Below, one piece after another: positions 10,343 through 19,702 of a stretch of DNA of 64,000 nucleotides. Below the pieces are notes generated by a model. It ran no database searches and had not been told where the DNA came from. It saw nothing but the letters and a program-made list of their open reading frames with translations. Both the position numbers and the translations under genes were made by a program. Numbering within the stretch: the first letter of the stretch is position 1; every line of letters starts with the position of its first letter. Origin of the DNA: an uncultured Gemmatimonadales bacterium (lineage in GTDB: Bacteria; Gemmatimonadota; Gemmatimonadetes; Gemmatimonadales; GWC2-71-9); assembly GCA_963730185.1 (NCBI GenBank), contig CAVSQW010000009.1:355175-419174 (forward strand), given 5' to 3'.

Positions 10343-10389
10343 TTACAAGGTCGGTCGGTCCTTGTAAGTTACAATACAATAACGACTTA
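10343..10389. promoter_or_regulatory. AT-rich overlapping inverted repeats in a divergent intergenic region
   Basis: ttacaagg (10343-10350) / ccttgtaa (10360-10367), and TAAGT-N15-ACTTA (10365-10389). Confidence 0.45.
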
Positions 10390-10473
10390 GCTCGCGTTCG
10401 CCCAAGCCGCTCCCGTGGGAGTGGTGGCCGGTTCGAGAGCCGTCGTGCCTCTCTGACCCTAAGGAGGACATCG

Positions 10474-10824
10474 ATGCGGACGATGCATGCGAAGGACCTC
10501 AGGCAGATGATTGACCAGAAGCAGGATCTCTTGCTGATCAACGTCCTCAAGAAGGAGGATTTCGACGCGAGGCACATTCCGGGCTCCCGGAACGTCCCGA
10601 ACGAAAGCCCGAAGTTCGTGGATCAGGTGAGCTCGATGGCGGGCTCGAAGACGCGCCCGATCGTCGTCTACTGCGCCAGTGCGTCGTGCCAGGCGTCGCC
10701 GACCGCGGCGAAGAAGCTGGAGCAGGCGGGATTCACCAACGTCACGGACTTCGAGGGTGGCGTGGCGGAGTGGAAGGAAGCCGGCTTCACGCTGGAAAGT
10801 CGGACGCCCGCCGGGAAACACTAG
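10474..10824 (+). CDS. Single-domain rhodanese-like protein
   Basis: RBS aaggagg at 10461-10467 and ATG 10474. HIPGS, IVVYCASASC and FEGGVAEW motifs. It is the tail of the 8773..10824 ORF. Confidence 0.9.
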   Translation: MRTMHAKDLRQMIDQKQDLLLINVLKKEDFDARHIPGSRNVPNESPKFVDQVSSMAGSKTRPIVVYCASASCQASPTAAKKLEQAGFTNVTDFEGGVAEWKEAGFTLESRTPAGKH

Positions 10825-10832
10825 CGGGGCGG

Positions 10833-10858
10833 CGGGCGGGGACCTCGGTCCCCGCCCG
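10833..10858. terminator. GC-rich hairpin between convergent genes
   Basis: cgggcggggacc-tc-ggtccccgcccg is a perfect inverted repeat between the stops at 10824 and 10870. No U-tract. Confidence 0.55.
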
Positions 10859-10869
10859 GGCTTCCGCGG

Positions 10870-11739
10870 TCAGGCCGGCGCGACTCTGACCGGGACCTTC
10901 CGAAGATCGAGGAACTTGGCGATCGGGCCGACGATGGCGAGGGCGAGGATCGGCGGCGACGCGTAGAGCGGCGTGAGCCAGGGGACCTGGTAATCGCCGG
11001 CGACCCGGATCAGCGCCTCGACCACCGCCACGATGGCCACCACGATCATCTGACCCTTGCGGCTCCGGACCACGGTCCGCGGGTCGGTGACCATGAAGAA
11101 CACGAAGAGCTGGTACATCGGCCCGGTGAGGGGCGCGATCTCGGGCACCAGCGGTGACCCGAGCAGCGCGCTCCGGAGCGCGGCCAGGCCCAGGAAGCAG
11201 GCCACGTAGGTGAGGGTGATGTGCACCACCCTGGCCCGGGTGGCGATCAGGAGGCCGAAGATCCAGATCACGGCGTTGGTGGCGAGCTCGTTGCCCCACT
11301 GATGGCTCAGGATCGCCACGCTTTCCGGCGCCAGCAGGAGCAGCAGGCTAATCGCCAGGTTGGTGGGGTTCCAGAGGTGGTTCCCGCGATACTGGAGGAC
11401 GTACTTCGACGAGATCGCGAGGAAGCCGCCGAGGGCAAAGGGCCAGAGCAGATCGCCCGCGGGCTTGGTGAGGAGGGCCAGCGAGATCCCGCTGACGTAG
11501 GCGCTCTGGAGACTGGCGACCTTGCCGCGGACCCACCACGAGAGCGCCAGCTCGGTCGCGATGCACACACCCAGCGTGGCGGCGAGCCGTTGGTAACCGC
11601 CCAGGATCGAGTAGCGCGCCTGCCCGACCACCAGCACCAGGGTGATCAGGAAGACGATGAGATTGCGGGGGTCGCTCCAGGCCCGGGAGCCGAAGAATCG
11701 ACCTTTCCCCGGGGCGGTGCCCGCCACCGTGCCGGTCAC
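10870..11739 (-). CDS. UnbU-like / NqrB-RnfD-related integral membrane protein
   Basis: Polytopic. ISSKY...HLWNPTN and FFMVTDPRT resemble RnfD/NqrB-family motifs. GTGA-coupled to the upstream UnbV-like gene. Confidence 0.7.
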   Translation of the reverse strand: MTGTVAGTAPGKGRFFGSRAWSDPRNLIVFLITLVLVVGQARYSILGGYQRLAATLGVCIATELALSWWVRGKVASLQSAYVSGISLALLTKPAGDLLWPFALGGFLAISSKYVLQYRGNHLWNPTNLAISLLLLLAPESVAILSHQWGNELATNAVIWIFGLLIATRARVVHITLTYVACFLGLAALRSALLGSPLVPEIAPLTGPMYQLFVFFMVTDPRTVVRSRKGQMIVVAIVAVVEALIRVAGDYQVPWLTPLYASPPILALAIVGPIAKFLDLRKVPVRVAPA

Positions 11740-13502
11740 GAGGTGGGCGACTCCGGCTCGACGACCCGGTCGTAGCGGTCGATGGCGGGCCGGTCCACGG
11801 TCTGGATCGCGCCGGACGGCCAGCGGATGACCACCCGGTCGACTCGGGTGGCCTTCCCGATTCCGAAGTGGAGCCGGCGGTCGTTCTGGCTCGCGAAGCC
11901 CGACCCGCCGTCCACCACCCGGCGCTGTTTCAGCCCGCCGAACTCGATCGTCGCCTCGGCGCCAATGGCGCTCCGGTTGCTCCGGGTCCCGACCAGCTGG
12001 AAGCCGATCCAGTGGGTGCCGGGATCCACGGTGTTGCGGTAGACCACCGCGGGCTGGTTCTGGTTGGCCACCACCACGTCGAGCGCGCCGTCATCGAAGA
12101 GATCGACCAAGGCGACCGCTCGGCCATCGTACCGGTCGGTGACGCCCACCGAGTCGGCTACGTCGATCCAGCCTCTGTCGCCCTCGTTCTCGAGCACCCG
12201 GGAGCGCTCATAGCCGCTCAGGCTCGCCGTCCCGATGGGCGGCCAGTTCCTGGCGTCCTCGAACACGGCCCCGTTGGCGCCGGCGATCTTGGACATCGAG
12301 TACCAGTAGCTCTTGGTGGAGTCGGCCGAGATGAAGCCGTTGGCGATGAAGAGGTCGACCAGGCCGTCGTTGTCGAGGTCGCCGGCCTGCGCGCCCCAGG
12401 CCCAGCCCGCGTCGGCCACGGGGCCCTGGGCCACGTTCTCGAATCGGCCGACCTCGGAGAGCAGGTTGAGCCGAAGATTGTTGCTCTGGAACAGATAACC
12501 CGGCTCGGAGATGTTGGAGACGAAGACGTCGAGCCGGCCCCGGTTCTGGAGATCGCCCAGGGTAACCGACATCCCGCTCTTGGAGTTGGCCTCGAGCCCG
12601 ACCCGGGCCAGGACGAACCGCTTGCCTCCCTGGTTCTCGAAGAATTCTTCGGGGCCGTAGTCGTTGGCCACGTAGAGATCGGGCCAGCCGTCGTCGTTGA
12701 AGTCGGCCGCCGCGGCTGCGAGCGTCCACCGGGTGGTGCCCACGCCCATCCGGTCGGTCACGTCCTCGAACCGACCGCCGCCCAGATTGTGGAAGAGTCG
12801 GTTCTTGCCGCCGTTGGTGGCGAACTCGAAGCTGTCGTGCATCATCTTGGTGCTCCGGAGGTGCCAGAGATCCACGTCGGCGCGGTAGTAGGCGGTGACG
12901 TAGAGGTCGAGCAGTCCGTCGCGATCGTAGTCGAGCCAGATCGCTCCGTTGCTGTTGATCCACTGATGCAGCCCGGCGGCCCGGGTGACGTCCTCGAAGC
13001 GGAGTTTGCCCTGGTTGTGGAAGAGAGAGAGGTAGCCGTAGCGGTAGACCAGCAGGTCCTCCCGGCCGTCGTTGTCGTAGTCGCCCCAGACCGCGCCCAT
13101 CGACACGCCCTCGCCGTCCTGGTTCAGGTCGGCGACGCCCGCCTCGGCAGCCCGATCGTGGAACCGGCCGCTGGAGTCGGCGACGTAGAGCGCGTTGGGG
13201 TAGCCGAACCGGCTGTTGGTGAAGTAGAGGTCGGGCCGGCCGTCCTGATTCACGTCGGTGACCGAGACCGAGGCGCCGACGGCCGCCACGTGGGGCGCCA
13301 CGTTGTCGAGCTTGGGATCGAGGAGCGGACGATGATGCACGAAGTCGATCCCGACCGCGGCCGCCACGTTCGTGAGGTGGAACCCGGGCCGATGGCCGGT
13401 CCGGCCGGCCCCGGTGGCGCTCCGATTGAGGAACAGGACCAGTCCGAGGGCCGCCAGGAAGAGCACGCCCACGACAGGGCGGCGGGAGGTGCGGGGGATC
13501 AC
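11736..13502 (-). CDS. CRTAC1-family FG-GAP/VCBS repeat protein with C-terminal ASPIC/UnbV domain
   Basis: Repeated DxNxDGxxDL motifs and C-terminal SNRSAIGA...GGSGFASQN..RLHFGIG...IRWPSG. The likely start is GTG 13502, ahead of an N-terminal hydrophobic anchor. Confidence 0.85.
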   Translation of the reverse strand: MIPRTSRRPVVGVLFLAALGLVLFLNRSATGAGRTGHRPGFHLTNVAAAVGIDFVHHRPLLDPKLDNVAPHVAAVGASVSVTDVNQDGRPDLYFTNSRFGYPNALYVADSSGRFHDRAAEAGVADLNQDGEGVSMGAVWGDYDNDGREDLLVYRYGYLSLFHNQGKLRFEDVTRAAGLHQWINSNGAIWLDYDRDGLLDLYVTAYYRADVDLWHLRSTKMMHDSFEFATNGGKNRLFHNLGGGRFEDVTDRMGVGTTRWTLAAAAADFNDDGWPDLYVANDYGPEEFFENQGGKRFVLARVGLEANSKSGMSVTLGDLQNRGRLDVFVSNISEPGYLFQSNNLRLNLLSEVGRFENVAQGPVADAGWAWGAQAGDLDNDGLVDLFIANGFISADSTKSYWYSMSKIAGANGAVFEDARNWPPIGTASLSGYERSRVLENEGDRGWIDVADSVGVTDRYDGRAVALVDLFDDGALDVVVANQNQPAVVYRNTVDPGTHWIGFQLVGTRSNRSAIGAEATIEFGGLKQRRVVDGGSGFASQNDRRLHFGIGKATRVDRVVIRWPSGAIQTVDRPAIDRYDRVVEPESPTS

Positions 13503-13601
13503 CCCGGAACCATATCGCCCCCGGGGAGTCGGGCACAAGCAAGGATGCGCGGGGCGGCCTTGTTCACTTCCTCGCGGCGTCCTAGTGTTCTCCCATTCCT
13601 C

Positions 13602-16600
13602 ATGACGAACCATCCGCCGTCGCTGCCCCGGGCGTCGCGCCGCCATCGCGTGGGCTTCTTGACCCTCGTGCTGCTGGCCGGGCTCGGCTGCCGCCGGGAG
13701 CCCCCCGATCCCACCGGCGCGGTAACGGCCCGGACGCTCGGTCTGGTCTATCTCCAGGAGAACAAGCTCGATCAGGCCGAGGCGGAGTTTCGGAAGGTGG
13801 TGCGGTTCGCGCCCGACCAGGCCCTTGGCTACGCCAACCTGGGGTTAGTGTTGCTCCGGCGGGACCGCTATCCCGACGCTGAGCGGCAGCTGGAACGAGC
13901 CGTGCGCCTGGACTCGGCCAACGTCCGGGTTCGGCTGATGCTGATCCGGGTTCGCGAGCTGAGCGGCCAGGCCGCCGAGGCCCGGGCCGAGCTGGATCGG
14001 CTGGTGGCGAGTCACCCCGACGATCCCGCCGTGCTCTACGCCGAGGCGGAGCTGGCCGGACCGACCGACTCGAGCCGGACCCGTCTCCTGGCCCGGCTGG
14101 TGGACGCGGCTCCCCGTAACCTGGCGCCGCGGATCGAGCTGGCCGTGTCCCTGGCCCGGGAGGGCCACGCCGACACCGCGCTGGCCACCTTGGAGGCCCT
14201 TCGCCAGCTGCCGCCGGAGCCTCCGCCCGAAGCGGCCCAGTCCCTGACCCGGGCGATTGCCGAGCTCCGAGGCGGGCGGGCCGACTCGGCGCTCCCCGCC
14301 CTGCTCCGGTATCGGCACCTGCTCGAAACCACCGCCGCCTACCAGGCGGGGCTCCAACAGATCCAGGGCCCGGGCTCGGCGCTGGTCGGATATCCGGTGT
14401 TGACCTTCCGACCGAACTTTGAAATCCGCGAGCGGGTCGGGCGGGAGGCCGAGTCCACCGTGGTCCGGTTCGCGGACGGCACCGAGCCGGCCCGGCTGGG
14501 CGGCGTCGGCGCCGCCCCGCTGGTCCTGAGCGGTGACCTGGACGGCGACGGCATCGACGACCTGGTGATCGGCGGCCGGCTGCTGCACGACGACGGCGGC
14601 GAGTTCGGCGACACCGCCACCGGGGTGACGATCGACCCGGCCGCGGTGGCCGGCGTCATCGCCGACCTCGACAATGACGGGCGGCTCGATCTCTATCTGG
14701 TCGACCCCGCCGGCGTGGATCATCTCTACCTCGGTGTCGAGGGCGGCCGGCTCCGGGAGGCGCGGGCGCCGGCGGAGGGCCTGGCCCCGGTCGAGGTCCG
14801 CGCGGTCCGGGCCGTCGACCTCGACCACGATGGCGACCTCGATCTGGTCGAGGCCACCGATCGGGGGCTCCGGGTGTTGCGGAACGATCTGGACGGGACC
14901 TACCGGGACGTGAGCCGCGAGATGGGGCTCGGCCCCGGTCCCGCCGCGAGCGACGTCGCGGTTCTCGACTTGGACGGCGACGGCCTGATCGACCTCTACC
15001 TGGCCGGGGGCGCGGGCGGCGATCGCCTGTACCGCAATACCGGGATGCGGCGGTTCGACGACGTCACCGCCCGAGCCGGCCTGACCGAGCACTCGACCAG
15101 GGTGGCCGTGGGCGACTACGACAACGACGGGCGGTTCGATCTCGCGTTGGCGGGTCAGGGCGTTCGGATGCTCCGCAACCGGGGCGGTGGTCGGTTCGAG
15201 CCGGATGCCGGCGCCGAGGCGGGGCTCAGCGGGTTACGGTCCGATTCGGTCCGAGCGCTGCGTTTCCTCGATTACGACAACGACGGCCGGCTCGACCTGG
15301 CCGCGGTGACCGCGGACCGGATCGCCCTGTTCCGCGGCGAGGCGGCCGGCTTCCGGGATCGCTCGGGCTCGATGCCGCCGGTGGCCGGCGTGACCTCGCT
15401 GGCGGTGGCCGACTACGACAAGGACGGCGACCTGGACCTGGTCGCCGCCACGGCGGCGGGCCCCCGGCTCCTCCGGAACGACGGCGGGAACGTGAGCCAG
15501 TATCTCGACGTCCAGCTCACCGGGCTCCGGACCGGCAGCGGCAAGAACAACGACTTCGGGATCGGGGCCCGGATCGAGGTCCGGGCCGGCGAGCTCTACC
15601 AGACCCGGCTCGTCACCGATCGGGTAACCCATTTCGGCCTGGCCGATCAGCTCAAGGCGGACGTGGTCCGGATCGAATGGCCCAACGGCGTCCCCCAGAC
15701 GGTGTTCTTCCCAGGCTCGAACCAGGATGTGCTGGAGCAGCAGATCCTCAAGGGGTCGTGCGCCTTTCTCTATGCCTGGGACGGCGAGCGCTACGCCTTC
15801 GTCGGCGACGTGATCTGGAAGAGCGCCCTCGGCATGCCGCTCGGCATCATGGGGAGCGAGGGCGGGGCCTTCGCGCCGCCCCAGGCGTCACGGGAGTATC
15901 TCTTGATTCCCGGCGAGAAGCTCCGTCCCCAGGACGGGCGCTACCGGATCCAGCTCACCGAAGAGCTCTGGGAGACGGCCTTCCTCGATCAGGTCCACCT
16001 CCTGGCGGTCGATCACCCCGACTCGGTTCGAGTCGCGCTGGACGAGAAGTTCGTACCGCCGAGCCTGCCGGCGGCGCTCCAGGTCCGGCAGCTGGTCGGA
16101 CTCCGGCCGCCGGCGGCGGCGATCGACCAATCGGGCCGCGATCTGCTCCCGCTGCTCGCCCATCGCGACGATCGCTACGTCGGCGGCTTCGAGCCGACCC
16201 GCTATCAGGGGCTGGTGGCGCCGCATGATTTGATCCTCGATCTCGGGGTGGTGCCCGCCGGGCCGACCTACCTCGTCCTCACCGGCTGGATCTTCCCGAC
16301 CGACGCCAGCATCAACGTGGCGGTGGGGCAGGGACACGAGCTCGAGGGCCACTCGCCGTCGCTCGAGGTGATGGACCCGGGCGGCCGCTGGCGCCCCGTC
16401 ACCCGGGACATCGGCTTCCCGTCGGGCAAGGACAAGACCGTGCTGGTGGACCTGACCGGCCGGCTCCGCCCCGGCGAGCACCGGGTCAGGATCAGGACCA
16501 ACCTCGCGATCTACTGGGATCAGGCACAGGTCGGCTCGGCGATCGAGGGCCCGTCGACGGTCACCCCGCTGGCGCCGATCGGCGCCGACCTCCACCAGCG

Positions 16601-17033
16601 CGGCTACTCGCGAGTCTACCGGAAGGGCGGCCGCTACGGGCCGCACTGGTTCGACTACGACAGCGTCACCCGGGCCTCGCCGTGGCGGCCGATCGCGGGG
16701 CACTTCACCCGCTTCGGCAACGTGCTGCCGCTCCTGGGCCGGGCCGACGACGAATACGTGATCATGGCGCCGGGCGACGAGACCACGGTGGAATTCGATC
16801 CGGCGGGGTTGCCGGCGTTGCCCGTGGGGTGGACCCGCGATTTCGTGCTCTACACCGACGGCTGGATCAAGGACGCCGATCGGAACACCGCGCACGGTCA
16901 GACGGTCGAGCCGCTGCCGTTCCACGCGATCGGCCGCTATCCGCCCGGCCCGGACGACGCCTATCCGGCCGACTCGGCCCACCGCGCCTATCGGGAACGA
17001 TACAACACCCGGACCGTGCGGTTCCAACCCTGA
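13602..17033 (+). CDS. Lipoprotein with TPR repeats, FG-GAP repeats, an ASPIC/UnbV domain and a large C-terminal domain
   Basis: ATG 13602 and lipobox-like LAGLGC. TPR helices, multiple DxDxDGxxDL repeats, GIGARIEV...HFGL...IEWPNG, then a KGSCAFLYAWDG domain. Confidence 0.85.
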   Translation: MTNHPPSLPRASRRHRVGFLTLVLLAGLGCRREPPDPTGAVTARTLGLVYLQENKLDQAEAEFRKVVRFAPDQALGYANLGLVLLRRDRYPDAERQLERAVRLDSANVRVRLMLIRVRELSGQAAEARAELDRLVASHPDDPAVLYAEAELAGPTDSSRTRLLARLVDAAPRNLAPRIELAVSLAREGHADTALATLEALRQLPPEPPPEAAQSLTRAIAELRGGRADSALPALLRYRHLLETTAAYQAGLQQIQGPGSALVGYPVLTFRPNFEIRERVGREAESTVVRFADGTEPARLGGVGAAPLVLSGDLDGDGIDDLVIGGRLLHDDGGEFGDTATGVTIDPAAVAGVIADLDNDGRLDLYLVDPAGVDHLYLGVEGGRLREARAPAEGLAPVEVRAVRAVDLDHDGDLDLVEATDRGLRVLRNDLDGTYRDVSREMGLGPGPAASDVAVLDLDGDGLIDLYLAGGAGGDRLYRNTGMRRFDDVTARAGLTEHSTRVAVGDYDNDGRFDLALAGQGVRMLRNRGGGRFEPDAGAEAGLSGLRSDSVRALRFLDYDNDGRLDLAAVTADRIALFRGEAAGFRDRSGSMPPVAGVTSLAVADYDKDGDLDLVAATAAGPRLLRNDGGNVSQYLDVQLTGLRTGSGKNNDFGIGARIEVRAGELYQTRLVTDRVTHFGLADQLKADVVRIEWPNGVPQTVFFPGSNQDVLEQQILKGSCAFLYAWDGERYAFVGDVIWKSALGMPLGIMGSEGGAFAPPQASREYLLIPGEKLRPQDGRYRIQLTEELWETAFLDQVHLLAVDHPDSVRVALDEKFVPPSLPAALQVRQLVGLRPPAAAIDQSGRDLLPLLAHRDDRYVGGFEPTRYQGLVAPHDLILDLGVVPAGPTYLVLTGWIFPTDASINVAVGQGHELEGHSPSLEVMDPGGRWRPVTRDIGFPSGKDKTVLVDLTGRLRPGEHRVRIRTNLAIYWDQAQVGSAIEGPSTVTPLAPIGADLHQRGYSRVYRKGGRYGPHWFDYDSVTRASPWRPIAGHFTRFGNVLPLLGRADDEYVIMAPGDETTVEFDPAGLPALPVGWTRDFVLYTDGWIKDADRNTAHGQTVEPLPFHAIGRYPPGPDDAYPADSAHRAYRERYNTRTVRFQP

Positions 17034-17096
17034 CGATGGCTCGGCATGACGGCGGCGACGGTGGGACGGACCCGGTCTCGAGCCGTCTCGTCCCGC

Positions 17097-17792
17097 TCAC
17101 CGCCACACCGCGATCTCATCCAGGGGCTTCCGGTCCAGATCGGGCACTTCGGCGTCGGGCGCTGGATAGCCCACCGGCATGACCAGCATCGCTTTCTCGT
17201 TGGCCGGCCGCCCGAGCAGCTCGCCCAGGAACGCCATCGGATTGGGCGTGTGGGTCAGCGTCACCAGCCCCATCTGGTGCACGGCCGCGATGAAGAACCC
17301 CGCCGCGATGCCGCACGATTCCTGAGTGTAGTAGTAGGTCCGCTTGCCGCCGTCGGGTCGGAGGCCATGCGCCTTCCGGAAGAGCACCACCACCCACGGC
17401 GCGTCGGTCAGGTGGGGCTTGTGTTCGTCGGTGCCCAGCGGGGCCAGCGCCTCGATCCACTCGTCCGGCGCGCGGCCGTGGTAGAACTCGCGCTCTTCCC
17501 GCTCGGCCGCCGCCCGGATCTGCCGTTTGACCTCCGGATCCGAGACGGCCACGAAGGTCCACGGCTGTTGGTGCGCCCCGCTGGGCGCGGTGCCGGCGGT
17601 CCGGATGGCCCATTCGATCAGGTCGCGCGGGACGGCGTCGGTGGAAAAGTGCCTGGTTGTTCGCCGCCGGTTCATCTCGTGGTAGAAGGCGCGAGCTTGG
17701 GTCCGCGACTCGTCCAGCGAGCGGCGAGTGAATTCCAGCTTGACGAACGGATGGCGGCGCGCGGCGAAGTCGCGGGCGAGATCGGGATCCAT
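17097..17792 (-). CDS. Nitroreductase superfamily, iodotyrosine deiodinase (IYD)-like
   Basis: RRTTRHFS, TAPSGAHQQPW, AEREEREFY...W..AL.PLGTD.HKPHL.DAP and LTHTP motifs. Confidence 0.85.
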   Translation of the reverse strand: MDPDLARDFAARRHPFVKLEFTRRSLDESRTQARAFYHEMNRRRTTRHFSTDAVPRDLIEWAIRTAGTAPSGAHQQPWTFVAVSDPEVKRQIRAAAEREEREFYHGRAPDEWIEALAPLGTDEHKPHLTDAPWVVVLFRKAHGLRPDGGKRTYYYTQESCGIAAGFFIAAVHQMGLVTLTHTPNPMAFLGELLGRPANEKAMLVMPVGYPAPDAEVPDLDRKPLDEIAVWR

Positions 17793-17912
17793 CGGTGACA
17801 GTCCGGAGGCGGGGGTGTTCGTTGTTCAGGGGCGGAAATCGAAGTATAACACTGGGCGCGGGTCTCCTTCCCGGGCGTCGCGGGTCGGTGCCCCGCCTGC
17901 CGCCATCGCGAA

Positions 17913-18737
17913 TCAGGTGGCGTTCCGAGGGCGGTCGCCCAGGCGGTCGGCCACCAGGGTGCAGGCGACGACCACCAGCACCAGGGCGATCCCCGGCGCC
18001 AGGCCCACCCAGGGCGCGTTCACGACCGTCTCGCGGCCCGAGGCGATCAGGCTGCCCCACGACGACTGCGGCGGCTGGACGCCCAGGCCCAGGAAGCTCA
18101 GGCCGGCTTCGAGGGTGATGGCGTTTCCGATCCCGAGGGTCGCGGCGGCGAGAATCGGGCCGCTGGCGTGCGGCAGCACGTGCCGGACCAGGATCCGGCC
18201 GCGGTGGGCGCCGAGCGCTCGCGCGCCCTCCACGTACTGGCGGCCCAGCTGACCGACTGATTCGGCGTAGACGAGCCGCGCGATCGGCATCCACCCGGTG
18301 AAGCCCAGGGTGAGCACCACCAGCGTGGCGCTCGGCTCCCACAGCGCGGCGAGCAGGAGCAGGAGGACGACCCGGGGCACGGCCAGCGCGAAATCGGTGA
18401 GGCCGAGCAGAAAGGTGCCCGCGGCCGATTGGCTGAGTGCGGCGGCGGCGCCGATGGCGGTGCCCAGCGTGAGGGAGACCAAGGTGGCCAGGGCGCCTAC
18501 CAGGAGCGACACCCGGGCACCGTAGAGGAGCCGAGCCCAGACGTCTCGGCCGAGCCGGTCGGTTCCCAACAAGTGGAAGATGCCGAAGGCGTCGGTCGTG
18601 CCGGGTGGCAGGAACCGGGTGAGCACCACGTCGAGCTGGGTGTCGGGTCCGATCGTGGTGAGGAGCGGCGCCAGCGCGGTGAGCAGCACCACGGCGACCA
18701 GCACCGTGCCCGGGATCAGCAGTCGCCGCCGGGTCAT
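17913..18737 (-). CDS. Peptide/nickel ABC transporter permease (DppC/OppC-like)
   Basis: ATG 18737 (ATGA overlap). LGTDRLGRD, YGARVSL, YVEGARALGA and LSFLGLGVQPP..SWG motifs. Confidence 0.9.
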   Translation of the reverse strand: MTRRRLLIPGTVLVAVVLLTALAPLLTTIGPDTQLDVVLTRFLPPGTTDAFGIFHLLGTDRLGRDVWARLLYGARVSLLVGALATLVSLTLGTAIGAAAALSQSAAGTFLLGLTDFALAVPRVVLLLLLAALWEPSATLVVLTLGFTGWMPIARLVYAESVGQLGRQYVEGARALGAHRGRILVRHVLPHASGPILAAATLGIGNAITLEAGLSFLGLGVQPPQSSWGSLIASGRETVVNAPWVGLAPGIALVLVVVACTLVADRLGDRPRNAT

Positions 18738-19702
18738 GGCCTGGTCCTCGGGTCGACCCGGTGGAGCAGCACCTCCGCCGCCAGGCTGCCCAGCACCACC
18801 AGGATCGCGCTCACCGTGGTGGCGGCCATCACCACCGGGTAGTCCCGGGCCCGAACCGCGTCGATCAGCATGGTCCCGACGCCGGGCCAGGCGAACACGC
18901 CCTCGACGAACACCGCGCCGGAAAAGAGGGCCGGCAGCGAGAGGCCGAGCAGCGCCACCACGGGGATCAGGCCGTTGCGGAGGTGGTGACGAAGCAGGAT
19001 CCGGAGCCGGCCCAGGCCTTTGGCGCGGGCCACCGTCAGGAAGTGCTCGTCGCGGATCGCGACCAGGGTGCCGCGGGTGTACCGGGCCGTGGTGCCGATC
19101 CCGATCACCGTGAGGGTGAGGAGCGGCAGGGCCAGATGGTCCAGCCGGTCGAGCAGCTTGGCGGCGGGCGAGAGGAAGTCGGCGCCGAGCCCCGCGGCGC
19201 CGAAGGCCGGCAGCGCCCGGAGCCAGTAGGTGAAGACCATCACCAGCACGAAGGCGAGCCAGTAGCCGGGAATCGCGGCCAGGGTCACCGTGCCGATCGA
19301 CAGCGCGGCGTCGAGCCTTCGCCGGCGGGTGACGGCTTGCATGGTCGCGACCGCGATCCCGAAGAGGTAGCTCAGCGCGATCGAGAGGCCCACCAGAATG
19401 GCGGTGGCCGGCCAGGCGTCGGCCAGCATCCGGACCACGGGCCGGCCGGTCGCGATGCTCCGGCCGAAATCTCCCCGGCCCGCCTTGACCAGCCAGCGGA
19501 GGTACTGCTCGGCCACCGGCTGATCGAGGCCCAGGGCCCGGGAGGTGGTGCTGATCTGGAGGGGGGTCGCGTTGGGGCCGAGCAGGTGGGTGACGGGGTC
19601 GCCGGGGGCGGCGTGGAGGAGGAGGAAGGTGAGGGTCACGACGCCGAGGACCACGGCGGGCGCCCGGATGAAGCCGAATCCGAAGCGGCGAGGGCGCCTC
19701 AC
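18734..19702 (-). CDS. Peptide/nickel ABC transporter permease (DppB/OppB-like)
   Basis: APGDP, LGLDQP..EQY, GDFGRS, ARAKGL, FAWPGVG, RDYPVV and DPR motifs. Confidence 0.9.
   Translation of the reverse strand: MRRPRRFGFGFIRAPAVVLGVVTLTFLLLHAAPGDPVTHLLGPNATPLQISTTSRALGLDQPVAEQYLRWLVKAGRGDFGRSIATGRPVVRMLADAWPATAILVGLSIALSYLFGIAVATMQAVTRRRRLDAALSIGTVTLAAIPGYWLAFVLVMVFTYWLRALPAFGAAGLGADFLSPAAKLLDRLDHLALPLLTLTVIGIGTTARYTRGTLVAIRDEHFLTVARAKGLGRLRILLRHHLRNGLIPVVALLGLSLPALFSGAVFVEGVFAWPGVGTMLIDAVRARDYPVVMAATTVSAILVVLGSLAAEVLLHRVDPRTRP

Noticed and set aside
11868..13601. N-terminal 578 aa of the 1721-aa ORF
   Set aside because: This is the antisense shadow of the CRTAC1 gene. The real protein starts at ATG 13602 with a lipoprotein signal.
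10870..17033. Enediyne biosynthetic cluster or Rnf/Nqr complex
   Set aside because: No PKS, thioesterase or other rnf/nqr subunits are present in the window.
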